From positions 1 through 37,659 of IMG/VR virus record IMGVR_UViG_3300005805_000214: a stretch of 37,659 nt of DNA; one strand, 5' to 3'. Below the pieces are notes generated by a model. It was not told the origin of the DNA and ran no database searches. It saw nothing but the letters and a program-made list of their open reading frames with translations. Each line of letters begins with the position of its first letter. Positions within the stretch are counted from its first letter, which is position 1. Positions 1 through 10,105 of the stretch are shown here, piece after piece. The stretch comes from a virus (Duplodnaviria; Caudoviricetes). Position numbers and translations under genes: made by a program.

Positions 1-997
1 TCTTTGTGCAGAAATAGATTTGCCAACTGTGCCGTTACGAGATGTCAACGACGAGGATGGTAGGATCGCCCTGTGTACTCTATCAGCGATCAATTGGGGT
101 AATGTAAAAGGCCCCCATGACTTTGAGAAGATGTGTAAGTTGGCGGTAAGAGGGTTGGATGCACTATTATCGTATCAAAACTATCCAATCCTTGCAGCTC
201 GTTTAGCCACAGAAGAATTTCGCCCATTGGGAATTGGTATTATCAATTTTGCTTACTTCTTAGCTAAACATGATGTTAGTTATAGTGACCCTAAAGCTCT
301 AGCTTTAGTTGACGAGTATGCAGAGGCCTGGAGTTATTACTTGATCAAAGCCTCTGCAGACCTCGCGGAAGAACAAGGCGCTTGTACTCGATGGCAAGAT
401 TTAAAGAGTGCAAAAGGCGTGTTACCTATTGACACTAGAAAACGAGACGTGGACGAATTGGTGCCCTACCAAGAACGTATGCCCTGGCAATCACTACGTG
501 AGAAAATCCAGCGTACCGGTCAGCGTAATGCTACACTAATGGCATTGATGCCAGCAGAAACATCTGCACAGATCAGCAACGCTACCAATGGAATTGAACC
601 ACCACGATCATATGTATCAGTGAAACAAAGTAAACACGGAGCATTGCGTCAAGTGGTACCAGAGTATCGCAGACTCAAGAATAAATATGAACTTCTTTGG
701 GATCAACAAAGTCCTGAAGGATACCTAAAACTTTGTGCTGTATTACAAAAATATATTGATCAAGGCATTAGCGTAAATACTTCCTACAATCCACAATACT
801 ACGATGATGAAAAAATCCCAATGAGTGAAATGTTGCAACATCTTCTAATGTGTTACAAGTATGGGTTAAAACAACTTTACTATTTTAATACATTTGACGG
901 ACAAGGAGAAATTAACATTGATAAGTTAGTTGATTCGAAACCAGTAGAAGAAACAGTTTACCAAAGTCAAGAAGATTGTGATAGTTGCGTAATCTAG
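1..997 (+). CDS. nrdA: Ribonucleotide reductase class Ia alpha subunit (5'-truncated by window edge)
   Basis: Frame from nt 2 reads LCAEIDLPT (catalytic NLCxEI). Also [34 protein letters not shown] and a C-terminal CDSC redox pair. Confidence 0.97.
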   Translation, partial: LCAEIDLPTVPLRDVNDEDGRIALCTLSAINWGNVKGPHDFEKMCKLAVRGLDALLSYQNYPILAARLATEEFRPLGIGIINFAYFLAKHDVSYSDPKALALVDEYAEAWSYYLIKASADLAEEQGACTRWQDLKSAKGVLPIDTRKRDVDELVPYQERMPWQSLREKIQRTGQRNATLMALMPAETSAQISNATNGIEPPRSYVSVKQSKHGALRQVVPEYRRLKNKYELLWDQQSPEGYLKLCAVLQKYIDQGISVNTSYNPQYYDDEKIPMSEMLQHLLMCYKYGLKQLYYFNTFDGQGEINIDKLVDSKPVEETVYQSQEDCDSCVI

Positions 998-1005
998 GAA
1001 AAAAT

Positions 1006-2211
1006 ATGAAAAAAAGAAATTATACGTTTGACACTGTAAGAAAATTACAAGGTTCAATAAGAATAGATCACACCTTGGCTAGATTAGGTGGAGAAAAGTT
1101 GCGAAAGCTGTTGGAAACCGAACCATATATTAACACATTGGGTGCATATAATGGTCAAATGGCAGTACAACATGCTAAAGCAGGATTAAAAGCAATTTAT
1201 TTGAGTGGATGGCAAGTAGCAGCAGCAAACAACACAAGTAATACTACCTATCCAGATCAAAGTTTATATCCAGTTGATAGTGTGCCTAGAGTAGTAAAAG
1301 GTATTAACAATGCTTTTCGTAGAGCAGATCAAATTGATTATAGCGAAGGTAAGACAGATGTAGATTACTTCTTACCAATCGTAGCAGATGCCGAAGCAGG
1401 CTTTGGTGGTGCATTAAATGCATATGAGTTAATGATGCATATGATTGAAGCAGGAGCAGCAGGAGTACACTTTGAAGATCAATTAGCAAGCGAAAAGAAA
1501 TGCGGGCACCTAGGAGGCAAAGTTCTAGTACCTACCAGTCAAATGATTCGCACATTAAATGCTGCAAGATTAGCCGCAGATGTTGCAGGTGTTGATACAG
1601 TTATTATGGCGAGGACAGATGCAGAAGCAGCGACCCTTATTACATCAGATCACGACCCTCTTGATCAAGACTTTATTATTAACCAGAGGACCGAAGAAGG
1701 CTTCTACAAATTCAAAAATGGCATTGATGCTTGTATCCAACGTGGGTTGGCTTATGCTCCTTATGCTGACCTTCTTTGGTTTGAAACATCGACTCCGGAT
1801 CTTCAGCAAGCAAAGACTTTTGCGAATGCCATCCATGCGATATATCCTGATCAAATGTTGGCTTATAATTGTTCGCCATCCTTCAATTGGCGCAAATTCT
1901 TAAGCGAAGAAGAATGTGCAGTGTTTCAACAAGAACTAGGTAAACTTGGATATAAATTTCAGTTTATTACTCTAGCAGGATTCCATTTAGCAAACTTAGC
2001 TACATTTGAATTGGCTGAAGCATATAGAACACGTGGTATGGCAGGATATGCAGACTTACAACAAAGAGAATTTGCCGCACTAGATAGAGGATTTACTACA
2101 GTAAAGCATCAAAGAGAAGTAGGTGTTGGTTATTTTGATTTAATTAGTGAAGCAGTGGGAGCAACATCAACAGCAGCAATGTCACATAGCACAGAGAAGG
2201 ATCAGTTCTAA
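1006..2211 (+). CDS. aceA: Isocitrate lyase (short, single-domain type)
   Basis: Motifs [40 protein letters not shown] (catalytic Cys), [16 protein letters not shown] and [13 protein letters not shown] at 1006 follows AGGA. Confidence 0.96.
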   Translation: MKKRNYTFDTVRKLQGSIRIDHTLARLGGEKLRKLLETEPYINTLGAYNGQMAVQHAKAGLKAIYLSGWQVAAANNTSNTTYPDQSLYPVDSVPRVVKGINNAFRRADQIDYSEGKTDVDYFLPIVADAEAGFGGALNAYELMMHMIEAGAAGVHFEDQLASEKKCGHLGGKVLVPTSQMIRTLNAARLAADVAGVDTVIMARTDAEAATLITSDHDPLDQDFIINQRTEEGFYKFKNGIDACIQRGLAYAPYADLLWFETSTPDLQQAKTFANAIHAIYPDQMLAYNCSPSFNWRKFLSEEECAVFQQELGKLGYKFQFITLAGFHLANLATFELAEAYRTRGMAGYADLQQREFAALDRGFTTVKHQREVGVGYFDLISEAVGATSTAAMSHSTEKDQF

Positions 2212-3338
2212 TGGGTGTTTTTAATATTAATAATAAAATGGATCATACCAAGGCATTAGCGTTTTTAGACGAATCAGGAACAGCGCCAATACAAAGGTAC
2301 GATGTATTAAAGTATCGACAGTTTGACAAATTAACAGACAAGCAACTAGGTTTCTTTTGGCGACCAGAAGAAGTAGATGTGCTACGTGATGCTAAAGATT
2401 TCAAAGAACTAACTGAACATGAACAACATATTTTTACAAGCAATCTTAAGCGACAAATCCTTTTGGATAGTGTTCAAGGTCGTAGTCCCAATCTTGCTTT
2501 TCTTCCCATCGCTACTATTCCTGAGCTGGAAACTTGGATTCAGACCTGGGCCTTCAATGAAACGATTCATAGCCGTAGCTATACTCATATTATCCGTAAT
2601 ATTTATAGTGACCCTAGCGTTATATTTGATGAGCTCACGGATATAAAAGAAATTGTAGACTGTGCTCAAGATATTAGTCGATACTATGATGACCTAATAG
2701 AAACAGTGCAATATTACAATCTATTAGGTTATGGTACACATACAGTCAATGGAAAGAATGTTACGGTTGATCGCCGAGAACTAAAAAAGAAATTATGGCT
2801 CTGCCTAAACAGTGTAAATGCTTTAGAAGGTATTCGCTTCTATGTTTCATTTGCCTGTAGTTGGGCATTTGCAGAGTTGAAAAAGATGGAAGGTAATGCT
2901 AAAATAATTAAGTTAATTGCACGAGACGAAAACGTTCATTTAGGGTCCACGCAAACCTTACTAAAATTGCTACCGCAGGATGATCCTGACTACGCTTCTA
3001 TAAAAGAAGAAACTCGTGCAGAATGTGAAACGATGTTTTTGTCAGCCGCAGCACAAGAAAAGGCCTGGGCACACTATTTGTTTAAAGACGGATCAATGAT
3101 TGGTTTGAATGAACAATTGCTTAGTCAATATATTGATTGGCTGACCTGTAAGCGTATGGCAGCAGTAGGACTACATTGTCATATTAAAACAGGAAGTAAT
3201 CCATTGCCGTGGACACAAAAATGGATCGCAGGCTCAGAAGTGCAAGTTGCACCTCAAGAAACAGAAATTAGTAGTTATGTAATCGGTGGTACAAAACAAG
3301 ATGTTGATCAAAACACATTTAAAGGATTTAGTTTGTAA
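2211..3338 (+). CDS. nrdB: Ribonucleotide reductase class Ia beta subunit
   Basis: [45 protein letters not shown] and [16 protein letters not shown] overlap with aceA. Confidence 0.97.
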   Translation: MGVFNINNKMDHTKALAFLDESGTAPIQRYDVLKYRQFDKLTDKQLGFFWRPEEVDVLRDAKDFKELTEHEQHIFTSNLKRQILLDSVQGRSPNLAFLPIATIPELETWIQTWAFNETIHSRSYTHIIRNIYSDPSVIFDELTDIKEIVDCAQDISRYYDDLIETVQYYNLLGYGTHTVNGKNVTVDRRELKKKLWLCLNSVNALEGIRFYVSFACSWAFAELKKMEGNAKIIKLIARDENVHLGSTQTLLKLLPQDDPDYASIKEETRAECETMFLSAAAQEKAWAHYLFKDGSMIGLNEQLLSQYIDWLTCKRMAAVGLHCHIKTGSNPLPWTQKWIAGSEVQVAPQETEISSYVIGGTKQDVDQNTFKGFSL

Positions 3339-3580
3339 TGTTAACAGTATATTCAAAAAATAATTGTCCGTTTTGCGATCGTGCAAAACAACTATTAGAA
3401 AGTAAAGGTGTTCCGTATACAGAAGTTAATGTAGAGAAAGACCCAGATTCAAGACAGATGCTGGTAGATAAAGGTCTTAGAAGTGTGCCACAAATTTTTC
3501 ATGGATATGAACTTATTCCTGGAGGTTTTGATGGACTAGCAAAACAATCAAATGAATTTTTCGAAAAGGTAAAACATTAA
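3338..3580 (+). CDS. Glutaredoxin (NrdH/Grx-like)
   Basis: VYSKNNCPFC and RSVPQIF..GGF motifs, directly after nrdB. Confidence 0.92.
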   Translation: MLTVYSKNNCPFCDRAKQLLESKGVPYTEVNVEKDPDSRQMLVDKGLRSVPQIFHGYELIPGGFDGLAKQSNEFFEKVKH

Positions 3581-3891
3581 TGTTAGTATCAAAAATATAT
3601 TCCACTGGGGATATTGTTAGTTTCAAATTAATTAACGGAGATGAAATCGTAGCTCGAATCGAATCAATTGACACCGATTGGTTTGAAATTTCTAAACCTT
3701 GTACAGTGATGCCTAGTCCTCAAGGGATGGGATTGATCCAGAGTTTATTTACCGCTGATGCTGATGTTAATGTAAAAGTACAAAAAAGTCACATTTTAAT
3801 GCATGCACCTAGTATTGATCAAATGCAAAAACATTACATTAAAACAACAACAGGAATTGAACCAGTCACAAGAGGATCTATTATTACATAA
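3580..3891 (+). CDS. Conserved phage protein, probable Sm-like beta-barrel
   Basis: DIVSFKLINGDEIVARI pattern typical of Sm-like proteins of T4-like phages. TAATG coupled. Confidence 0.6.
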   Translation: MLVSKIYSTGDIVSFKLINGDEIVARIESIDTDWFEISKPCTVMPSPQGMGLIQSLFTADADVNVKVQKSHILMHAPSIDQMQKHYIKTTTGIEPVTRGSIIT

Positions 3892-4376
3892 TGGCCTATA
3901 GTTTGTCACCGACTATTTTGGCGCCAATATCGGAAGCGACTGCTTTTACACGCACAGTAAATATTGCACTTATAGCAAATTCTACAGCTATAACAAGCCT
4001 AGTTGTGACCCCGGCCGCGAATGTAAGTGGAATATTCAGTATTACAAATAATTTAACATTAGATCCATCAGCTCCGTTGGATGCTAATACATTTGTAATT
4101 TCAGGTCGGTATAAAGACAATTTTATTGCTCAATTGAAGTATCTTGATACTGGAAAAGTCGAAACAACAATTACATCAAAAACTATATTCCAAGAATTAC
4201 CACCTGAATATTTCACTGTAGTTGAATACCTTGCATCAACTGAAACAAGTTTTATGGCTATGTTTAGTGTTCAAATAAATGGAAATGTTATCGGCAACGT
4301 TACTCAACAAGTAAATAATAATTGGACACCTGGAAGAGATTCTTTAATTGCAGCAGTTGCCGGAGGAAAAGTATAA
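3891..4376 (+). CDS. Hypothetical protein, possibly virion/baseplate associated
   Basis: Thr/Ala/Asn-rich beta-type composition, coupled to the PAAR gene. Confidence 0.55.
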   Translation: MAYSLSPTILAPISEATAFTRTVNIALIANSTAITSLVVTPAANVSGIFSITNNLTLDPSAPLDANTFVISGRYKDNFIAQLKYLDTGKVETTITSKTIFQELPPEYFTVVEYLASTETSFMAMFSVQINGNVIGNVTQQVNNNWTPGRDSLIAAVAGGKV

Positions 4377-4672
4377 TGCCACCAATTACTAGAAAAAATG
4401 TTGATGCCAGCACAGGTCATGGGGGATATCCGCCAAGACCAAATACTCCAAATGGAAGCTCTGATGTAATAATCAATGGTCAAGGTGTAGTTCGAGTTGG
4501 TGATGGTTGGCCTAGTCATACTGATCCTGGTCCACCAGACACACATGGCGCAAGTCAAAGTGGAGGTTCGGCAACTGTATTTGCCAATGGTGCGGCAGTT
4601 GCACGAATAGGAGATGCCATATCGTGCGGTGATGCAGTTGCAGCCGGAAGTCCTGATGTTATTTGTGGCTGA
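4376..4672 (+). CDS. PAAR-repeat spike tip protein (gp5.4-like)
   Basis: MPPITR..D..TGH, GSSDVIINGQGVVRVGD, GSATVFANGAAVARIGDAISCG and GSPDV. Start at ATG 4376 (TAATG overlap). Confidence 0.9.
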   Translation: MPPITRKNVDASTGHGGYPPRPNTPNGSSDVIINGQGVVRVGDGWPSHTDPGPPDTHGASQSGGSATVFANGAAVARIGDAISCGDAVAAGSPDVICG

Positions 4673-4694
4673 GCACAAAAACTACCCATATTAC

Positions 4695-4723
4695 TTGTAA
4701 AAAAACGAAAATAATGCTATAAT
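4695..4723 (+). promoter_or_regulatory. Sigma70-type promoter with extended -10
   Basis: TTGTAA-17 nt-TATAAT with TG at the extended position, in the intergenic gap before the hydrolase. Confidence 0.6.
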
Positions 4724-4810
4724 ATACCAATATTATGGGGTAATAGCAGTTGTTTTCTCGGAAAGATCCTAGTTATATAAAACTACAACCTGAATAAAGG
4801 AGGAAGAAAG

Positions 4811-5365
4811 ATGAAACAATATTTTCCAGGTATGGTAAAATTTGTGACAATAGTTTTTGGTATGTGGCTGGCGACCCTTGCCTTGACCACAGTCACTAAA
4901 AATAAATTTCAAGCTCTCGAAGCAGAAAAAGCTGAAATGCAAAAAGTCCGAATAGTCACATCGGCTGAACGCGACCGTCAGCTTCGTTGCCTAACTCAAA
5001 ACATCTATTGGGAAGCTGCAAGCGAACCATTTGAAGGCAAGGTCGCTGTGGCTCAAGTAACAATGAATCGAGCTAATAGTAATCAGTTTCCCGGAGACAT
5101 CTGTGCTGTAGTATATCAGAAAAATGTAATCTACTCAAAAGTGGTTTGTCAGTTCTCCTGGTATTGCGATGGAACTCATCGTGTAAAACCTGTGTATCAA
5201 CCTTTGTACAATGAAAGTGCAGAAGTTGCCAAAAAGGTTTTACTAGAAGGGTTTCGTTTACCAGGCCTTAAAAATGCTATGTATTATCATGCTGACTATG
5301 TTCAACCAGGATGGGGTAAAAAACCCATTGCAAAAATTGGCCGCCATATCTTTTATGGTAGCTAA
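4811..5365 (+). CDS. Cell wall hydrolase, SleB/Hydrolase_2 family, with N-terminal membrane anchor
   Basis: CLTQNIYWEA..E...GKVAVAQVTMNR, CQFSWYC, YYHADYVQPGW and IGRHIFY. Strong SD AAGGAGG. Confidence 0.9.
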   Translation: MKQYFPGMVKFVTIVFGMWLATLALTTVTKNKFQALEAEKAEMQKVRIVTSAERDRQLRCLTQNIYWEAASEPFEGKVAVAQVTMNRANSNQFPGDICAVVYQKNVIYSKVVCQFSWYCDGTHRVKPVYQPLYNESAEVAKKVLLEGFRLPGLKNAMYYHADYVQPGWGKKPIAKIGRHIFYGS

Positions 5366-5375
5366 TAGATAGTCT

Positions 5376-5747
5376 ATGCCAATATTAACTTCAACACGTA
5401 AAAAGAGTGAACTTCAAAAAAATATGGAAAATTCAAAAATTGACTTTGATCGCATCAAGTATCAAGTAACTGAGTTCTTTACTACGCATTTTAGTAAGAT
5501 CTCAGCTGATACATTAGGATGGTTAGCTGCCATAGCTTTACATGCAGCTACCATCCCAACTTTACTTGCTTTGTTAACTGGTTTAACTGATACAACACCT
5601 AGTGTAGATGTTGTACTGTTTCTATGGCTAGGGCTAGTGTTGCTTTTCTGTAGAGCCATTATTCTCAGAGATTTGTTAAATATTGCCACTATTGGTCTAG
5701 GATTTGTTATTCAGTCTGCTCTAATGGCTTTGATCCTGTTTAAATAA
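5376..5747 (+). CDS. Membrane protein (about 3 TM segments)
   Basis: Three hydrophobic stretches. The start could instead be 5424. Confidence 0.65.
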   Translation: MPILTSTRKKSELQKNMENSKIDFDRIKYQVTEFFTTHFSKISADTLGWLAAIALHAATIPTLLALLTGLTDTTPSVDVVLFLWLGLVLLFCRAIILRDLLNIATIGLGFVIQSALMALILFK

Positions 5748-5776
5748 TCCATAAATATAAAAAACAGGAGGCAGCG

Positions 5777-6001
5777 ATGAGCAAACGCCTAGAAGTTGAA
5801 ATAGAAGATGCTGTATTAGAATATACAGAAGAAATTGAATCTGAAGATTATGGTTTTATTTTCGACGCAGAAGGAAATTTAAAATTTGCTTTTGTTCCGG
5901 AAGTGCTTCCAAATAAACCGCCAAAAAATATTCAAAAAATCATGAAGATTCTAGGCGTTATTGATTTGCAACAATTTAACGAAGACCTAACACTTCATTG
6001 A
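5777..6001 (+). CDS. Hypothetical acidic protein
   Basis: SD AGGAGG, with a TAAATA motif upstream at about 5752. Confidence 0.65.
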   Translation: MSKRLEVEIEDAVLEYTEEIESEDYGFIFDAEGNLKFAFVPEVLPNKPPKNIQKIMKILGVIDLQQFNEDLTLH

Positions 6002-7164
6002 TGTCAGATATTAATCTAGATACTTTTTGTTCATTTGCATTTACAGGATATGATACAAGGAACAATCATATCTGTTGTAAAATTCAATCACAAAACAAAT
6101 ATAGTTCTTATTCTGAATTATCTGCATCTGCAGAAATTAAAAATTTAAGAAGTAAAATGCTTTTGGGAATACAGGATCCAAAATGCTACGAGTGCTGGAA
6201 CGAGGATTCGGTCAACAAGACCAGCATGCGTAAATGGTCTTTAAGAAATAAAACATTAGAAGTAATCAACGACGAAATAAAAAATCCACGTTTAAAACAT
6301 TACATACTTGATAGTAGTAATGCTTGTAATTTGGCCTGCAGAACATGCGGACCATGGTCAAGTTCTACAATCGTAAAAGAACGTCGAGAAAAAGTTAAAC
6401 ATCCTAAATGGATTGACGTACATGTAGGCGAAATTAAAAAAACTGATGTAGATTCTTTTTGCCAAGAAGATTTTTCTCACATCGAAAACATAGATGTATT
6501 AGGTGGCGAACCATTATCAAACTTAGAGCATTTTAAAGTTTTAGAAAAAATAATAGAACAAGGCCGGGCTGCTAATTGTTTGATTAATTATTCAACTAAT
6601 GGAACGGTGAAAATTGGACAGCATCATTTAGACATGATGTTTAAATTTAAACATGTTTTTATCATGCTCAGTTATGATGCTGTAGGAAGTAAAGCAGAAT
6701 ATATACGAACTGGATGCACGTGGCCGGAAGTAGAAGAAAATCTAAAAATTTTTAAACATCTCAGAGATACTCATACTAATTTAAGTTTAGAGTGCCACCC
6801 AACTATAAGTGCTCTTAATATTTTTTATTTAGATGAACTGTTTAGTTGGTTAGAAGAAAATAATATAAACAAATTTTACGATTTTTGTTACTACCCCGAA
6901 GAATACTCGTTCCAATTATTTACGGATAGTCAGAAAGAAATTATTATCGAACATTTAAGTAAATCAAAATTTGACATGAGTTCGATTATATCACATGTTC
7001 AAAAATGGAAACACGATCCAAACTTAGTACAAAAATTTTGGGATCAAGTTGAATGGACTAAGCAATATTGGAGTTTGGATATTAAGGATTTTTTACCTGA
7101 GTTGCACAATCTGATGACGGTGGAGTCCAATGACCTTGACCTGACCAAGCAAAATCTATATTAA
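6001..7164 (+). CDS. Radical SAM protein with N-terminal Cys-rich (twitch-like) region
   Basis: CNLACRTC motif, LGGEP, STNG and N-terminal C..CC..CxxC. ATG 6001 in a TGATG overlap. Confidence 0.85.
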   Translation: MSDINLDTFCSFAFTGYDTRNNHICCKIQSQNKYSSYSELSASAEIKNLRSKMLLGIQDPKCYECWNEDSVNKTSMRKWSLRNKTLEVINDEIKNPRLKHYILDSSNACNLACRTCGPWSSSTIVKERREKVKHPKWIDVHVGEIKKTDVDSFCQEDFSHIENIDVLGGEPLSNLEHFKVLEKIIEQGRAANCLINYSTNGTVKIGQHHLDMMFKFKHVFIMLSYDAVGSKAEYIRTGCTWPEVEENLKIFKHLRDTHTNLSLECHPTISALNIFYLDELFSWLEENNINKFYDFCYYPEEYSFQLFTDSQKEIIIEHLSKSKFDMSSIISHVQKWKHDPNLVQKFWDQVEWTKQYWSLDIKDFLPELHNLMTVESNDLDLTKQNLY

Positions 7165-9091
7165 AATTTGTACGTTCGTCATTATTTGGTAACCAGGGTG
7201 CATATATATTGTCTGGCCCTATAAATTTTACTGTGCAATCCATTTGCCAATTTCCGTCATCGTCGATTTGAAAGTTATAGTTGGCACTGAAATTATCTGC
7301 TAACCTATTTCCATAATTGTTCATATCCCATTCTGGATCAAATTTCACAGACATTTCTAATGCTTGATGATTTCTTGCCCTCCACATAGTCCTGAACAGC
7401 GGCCAAATTTCATTAACCAAAGTTTGTGAAAATCTATTATCCAGACGATCATCTTTTATTATTTCGTACTCAAATTCCTCATAAAATAAATTATCGTTAT
7501 AGTTGTTTGAAATTTTACCTATAGAATAAGTTTGTTTTAAATTTCCTCCCCTGTCTTCATTTGCTCTAAGACGTAACGCATTCTGTACAAATATGTTAAA
7601 AGACTTTAATCTAACTAATCTATGTAATTTGGTATTTTCATGATCTTTACTAGCCCATTGCCATAAGAAAAATTTTTCGTGAACACCAAAGCGATCTGGA
7701 TCATCTTGTATTCTACTAGGTCCTAATAGCATTGTTTGTCTTGATACATTAATAAGATATTTTTGCACCCTCCACAGCAGAGTCATTGTATGGGCAAAAT
7801 CGGCTTGACGTTCGGTGATATATCCTAACATCCAATTTGTAGCGGCACCGACTTTATTTTGATGACCATCTTTAAGATTTTGTTCAACTTCTTGTACAGT
7901 TATATTCTTACGCATATCGTTTAATACACGATTACTACCGCTTTCGATTCCGTAATTTAAGTCTGTACAACCGCTTGCACTCAGATCTCGATAATAATCA
8001 AAATCCATTCTTTCATCGCAACGTGCATATCCGGTCCAATGTATTTTTAATCCACGTTCCACAACGCCGAGGGCAAAAGCTCTTAGTTCATTGATATTAC
8101 CATTGACTAGACTATCAATGAACCAAAAGTAATTAATACCAAAATTTTTATACTGAAACTCAACTTCTTCGAGTACCATTGGGCTTTGTCTGCTGCGATA
8201 TTTCCAGTAATGTGTTTCGGCACAAAATGTACATTTTGCTACACATCCTCTACTAAATTCCGAGCTGAATGCATTCGGCATCATGTATTTGTTTACATCA
8301 AAATCACTGTAATCAGGAAATGGCAACGTGTCTAGGTTTAAACGTTTTGTTGTGTCTGCGTTGTACTGATACTGTGTAAGCTTTTCACCACGCTCTATTT
8401 TTTCCAATAGCTCAAGTAATACTTCCTCACCTTCGCCCTTGACTACATGATCAAATTCAGGGAACGGATCTGGATTCCAATGAATGTGACTACCTCCACC
8501 TAGTATAATTGTGTTAGGAAGTCGCTCACGAATTTTTCTTGCCATCCAAAGTGTTGGTCTTACATTAGTGTAATACAAACTAAACCCAACAACATCTGGT
8601 TTTATTTCAACTAATTTTTCTAGATATTGTTCCAGCAGTGGCTCAACTTTGTCACGTAGATTACGTTCGTACATATCGTCTAGCCAAAGATAATCACGTG
8701 AACCGTGGCCTTCGAATGGGTCATTTTCTCTGCCCATTGTTTTTCTCAGTGCATTCCAAGTTTCAACATTCCAGTCAAAAGCCGATGTCCTGTATCCAGC
8801 TTTTCTAGTAACAGCAGTTAATCTAGCAATATTATATGGAGCAAAAAATACAGCCCATTTTGGCATCAGGATTAAAGCCAAATGAGTTTTTCGTGTTACT
8901 GTTTCAACCCTAAAGGAAGATAAATTAGCTTGAGGTCTAGGTTTAGCATATTTCAACATAGATTTAATTGTAGAAATATGTTTGTCCTCAGGCAGATAAG
9001 GATCATTGAACTCGTTGTGTAACTCAGTTAAAGTTTTTTTTGTTTCTTCTTTAGGAGGCGAAACACCAATTGGTATTATCTTTTGAGTCAT
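7082..9091 (-). CDS. Cobalamin-binding radical SAM enzyme (class B methyltransferase-like)
   Basis: B12-domain motifs PDVVGFS, ILGGG, GEGE and LPFPDY. SRGCVAKCTFC (CxxxCxxC) and GIESGS..VL..MRK. Confidence 0.88.
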   Translation of the reverse strand: MTQKIIPIGVSPPKEETKKTLTELHNEFNDPYLPEDKHISTIKSMLKYAKPRPQANLSSFRVETVTRKTHLALILMPKWAVFFAPYNIARLTAVTRKAGYRTSAFDWNVETWNALRKTMGRENDPFEGHGSRDYLWLDDMYERNLRDKVEPLLEQYLEKLVEIKPDVVGFSLYYTNVRPTLWMARKIRERLPNTIILGGGSHIHWNPDPFPEFDHVVKGEGEEVLLELLEKIERGEKLTQYQYNADTTKRLNLDTLPFPDYSDFDVNKYMMPNAFSSEFSRGCVAKCTFCAETHYWKYRSRQSPMVLEEVEFQYKNFGINYFWFIDSLVNGNINELRAFALGVVERGLKIHWTGYARCDERMDFDYYRDLSASGCTDLNYGIESGSNRVLNDMRKNITVQEVEQNLKDGHQNKVGAATNWMLGYITERQADFAHTMTLLWRVQKYLINVSRQTMLLGPSRIQDDPDRFGVHEKFFLWQWASKDHENTKLHRLVRLKSFNIFVQNALRLRANEDRGGNLKQTYSIGKISNNYNDNLFYEEFEYEIIKDDRLDNRFSQTLVNEIWPLFRTMWRARNHQALEMSVKFDPEWDMNNYGNRLADNFSANYNFQIDDDGNWQMDCTVKFIGPDNIYAPWLPNNDERTNFNIDFAWSGQGHWTPPSSDCATQVKNP

Positions 9092-9131
9092 ATGTTGTAT
9101 TTACGATTCAAAAAGTTTACAAAAAAACAAG

Positions 9132-9160
9132 TAGACCAAAAATCTCCATTTTGCTATACT
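9132..9160 (+). promoter_or_regulatory. Early sigma70-type promoter, repeat copy 1
   Basis: TAGACC-17 nt-TATACT with extended TG and an A-tract upstream. Confidence 0.75.
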
Positions 9161-9189
9161 GTAACTGTAGTAGTTAATAGGAGACAAAA

Positions 9190-9255
9190 ATGTTTTGGTA
9201 TCTTATAGTTTTAGCAATTATTATTTGGATTGTAAGTCGTCCCAAAGGAGATTGA
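9190..9255 (+). CDS. 21-aa single-TM micro-protein (MFWYLIVLAIIIWIVSRPKGD)
   Basis: SD AGGAG, first ORF after promoter copy 1, stop 1 nt before the next ATG. Absent from the ORF track. Confidence 0.6.
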   Translation: MFWYLIVLAIIIWIVSRPKGD

Positions 9256-9256
9256 C

Positions 9257-9475
9257 ATGCCCCGAGTAAACAAGCCTCGAGTACTAGACAGCCTTTACAA
9301 AGTTACATTTACTGAATACGAGCGTGGGTGGGGACAAAGACCAGCTGGCGAGGAATACTTTGACAACGAAGCTGAAGCTCGCCAGTATGCCATAGACTAT
9401 AACCAAAAACACAACAATCTGGACTCAGCACCGGACTGGTATATTAAGGCAAATTACTACGGTAGAGTTGCTTAA
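9257..9475 (+). CDS. Hypothetical early phage protein
   Basis: SD AAGGAG and a TEYERGWGQR motif. Confidence 0.7.
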   Translation: MPRVNKPRVLDSLYKVTFTEYERGWGQRPAGEEYFDNEAEARQYAIDYNQKHNNLDSAPDWYIKANYYGRVA

Positions 9476-9494
9476 TTAGCAACAGACAAAACGG

Positions 9495-9523
9495 TAGACC
9501 AAAAATCGCCGTTTTGTTATACT
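9495..9523 (+). promoter_or_regulatory. Early sigma70-type promoter, repeat copy 2
   Basis: TAGACC-17 nt-TATACT with extended TG. ATG lies 6 nt downstream. Confidence 0.75.
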
Positions 9524-9529
9524 AATGGC

Positions 9530-9760
9530 ATGAATAAAGATATTGTATTTTACCTTAAGTGGCTTGCAACTTTTGTAACGATTGCAGGAGCCGTTTGCAC
9601 TTCTGTTAATATTTACCCTGCAGGTCCTGCTCTGCTTAATTTGGGTGCATTTATTTGGCTTATTGTTGCAATAGCCTGGCGTGAGTGGAGCCTTATTGTT
9701 ATTAATGCAACACTGTTGCTTATCTACACTGTAGGTCTTGTTATTAAATTAGCAACATAA
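9530..9760 (+). CDS. Small membrane protein (about 3 TM)
   Basis: Hydrophobic throughout and flanked by promoter repeats. Confidence 0.7.
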   Translation: MNKDIVFYLKWLATFVTIAGAVCTSVNIYPAGPALLNLGAFIWLIVAIAWREWSLIVINATLLLIYTVGLVIKLAT

Positions 9761-9767
9761 AAAACGG

Positions 9768-9796
9768 TAGACCAAAATTCACCCGTTTGCTATAAT
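9768..9796 (+). promoter_or_regulatory. Early sigma70-type promoter, repeat copy 3
   Basis: TAGACC-17 nt-TATAAT with extended TG. Confidence 0.75.
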
Positions 9797-9828
9797 ATTG
9801 GTATAGTAACTAATAAGGAGCGTGTCAA

Positions 9829-10101
9829 ATGAGAACAGCATTCCAAGGCCTTACTACCCAAGAAATCCGCGAAGTATCAATGTACGGTTGCACCGAAGCA
9901 CAGATGCGTGAAGCAGTAGAGTCTAGTAGCACTTTCAAATTTTCTGGTCCTGCTATGGTTGTTGCGTCCATGATGTCAGATGCACAAGAAATGACCAACA
10001 CCGAATACGGTGAAGTTGATTTCAATCGTGCCGAAGATGCTCGCCAGCAACTGAATCGTGCCAAGTGGGTTTTGTTCACTTATATCATGGACAAGGAGTA
10101 A
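9829..10101 (+). CDS. Hypothetical early phage protein
   Basis: SD TAAGGAG and a MMSDAQE...ARQQLNRAKW motif. Confidence 0.7.
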   Translation: MRTAFQGLTTQEIREVSMYGCTEAQMREAVESSSTFKFSGPAMVVASMMSDAQEMTNTEYGEVDFNRAEDARQQLNRAKWVLFTYIMDKE

Positions 10102-10105
10102 TTTA

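Noticed and set aside
1-3338. Intron or intein in nrdA/nrdB
   Set aside because: nrdB is a continuous 375 aa of normal length and the visible nrdA part has no insertion. The intervening gene is a free-standing aceA.
9121-9800. Repeats as CRISPR repeats or integron attC sites
   Set aside because: The copies are imperfect, 270-360 bp apart, non-palindromic and match -35/-10 promoter geometry.
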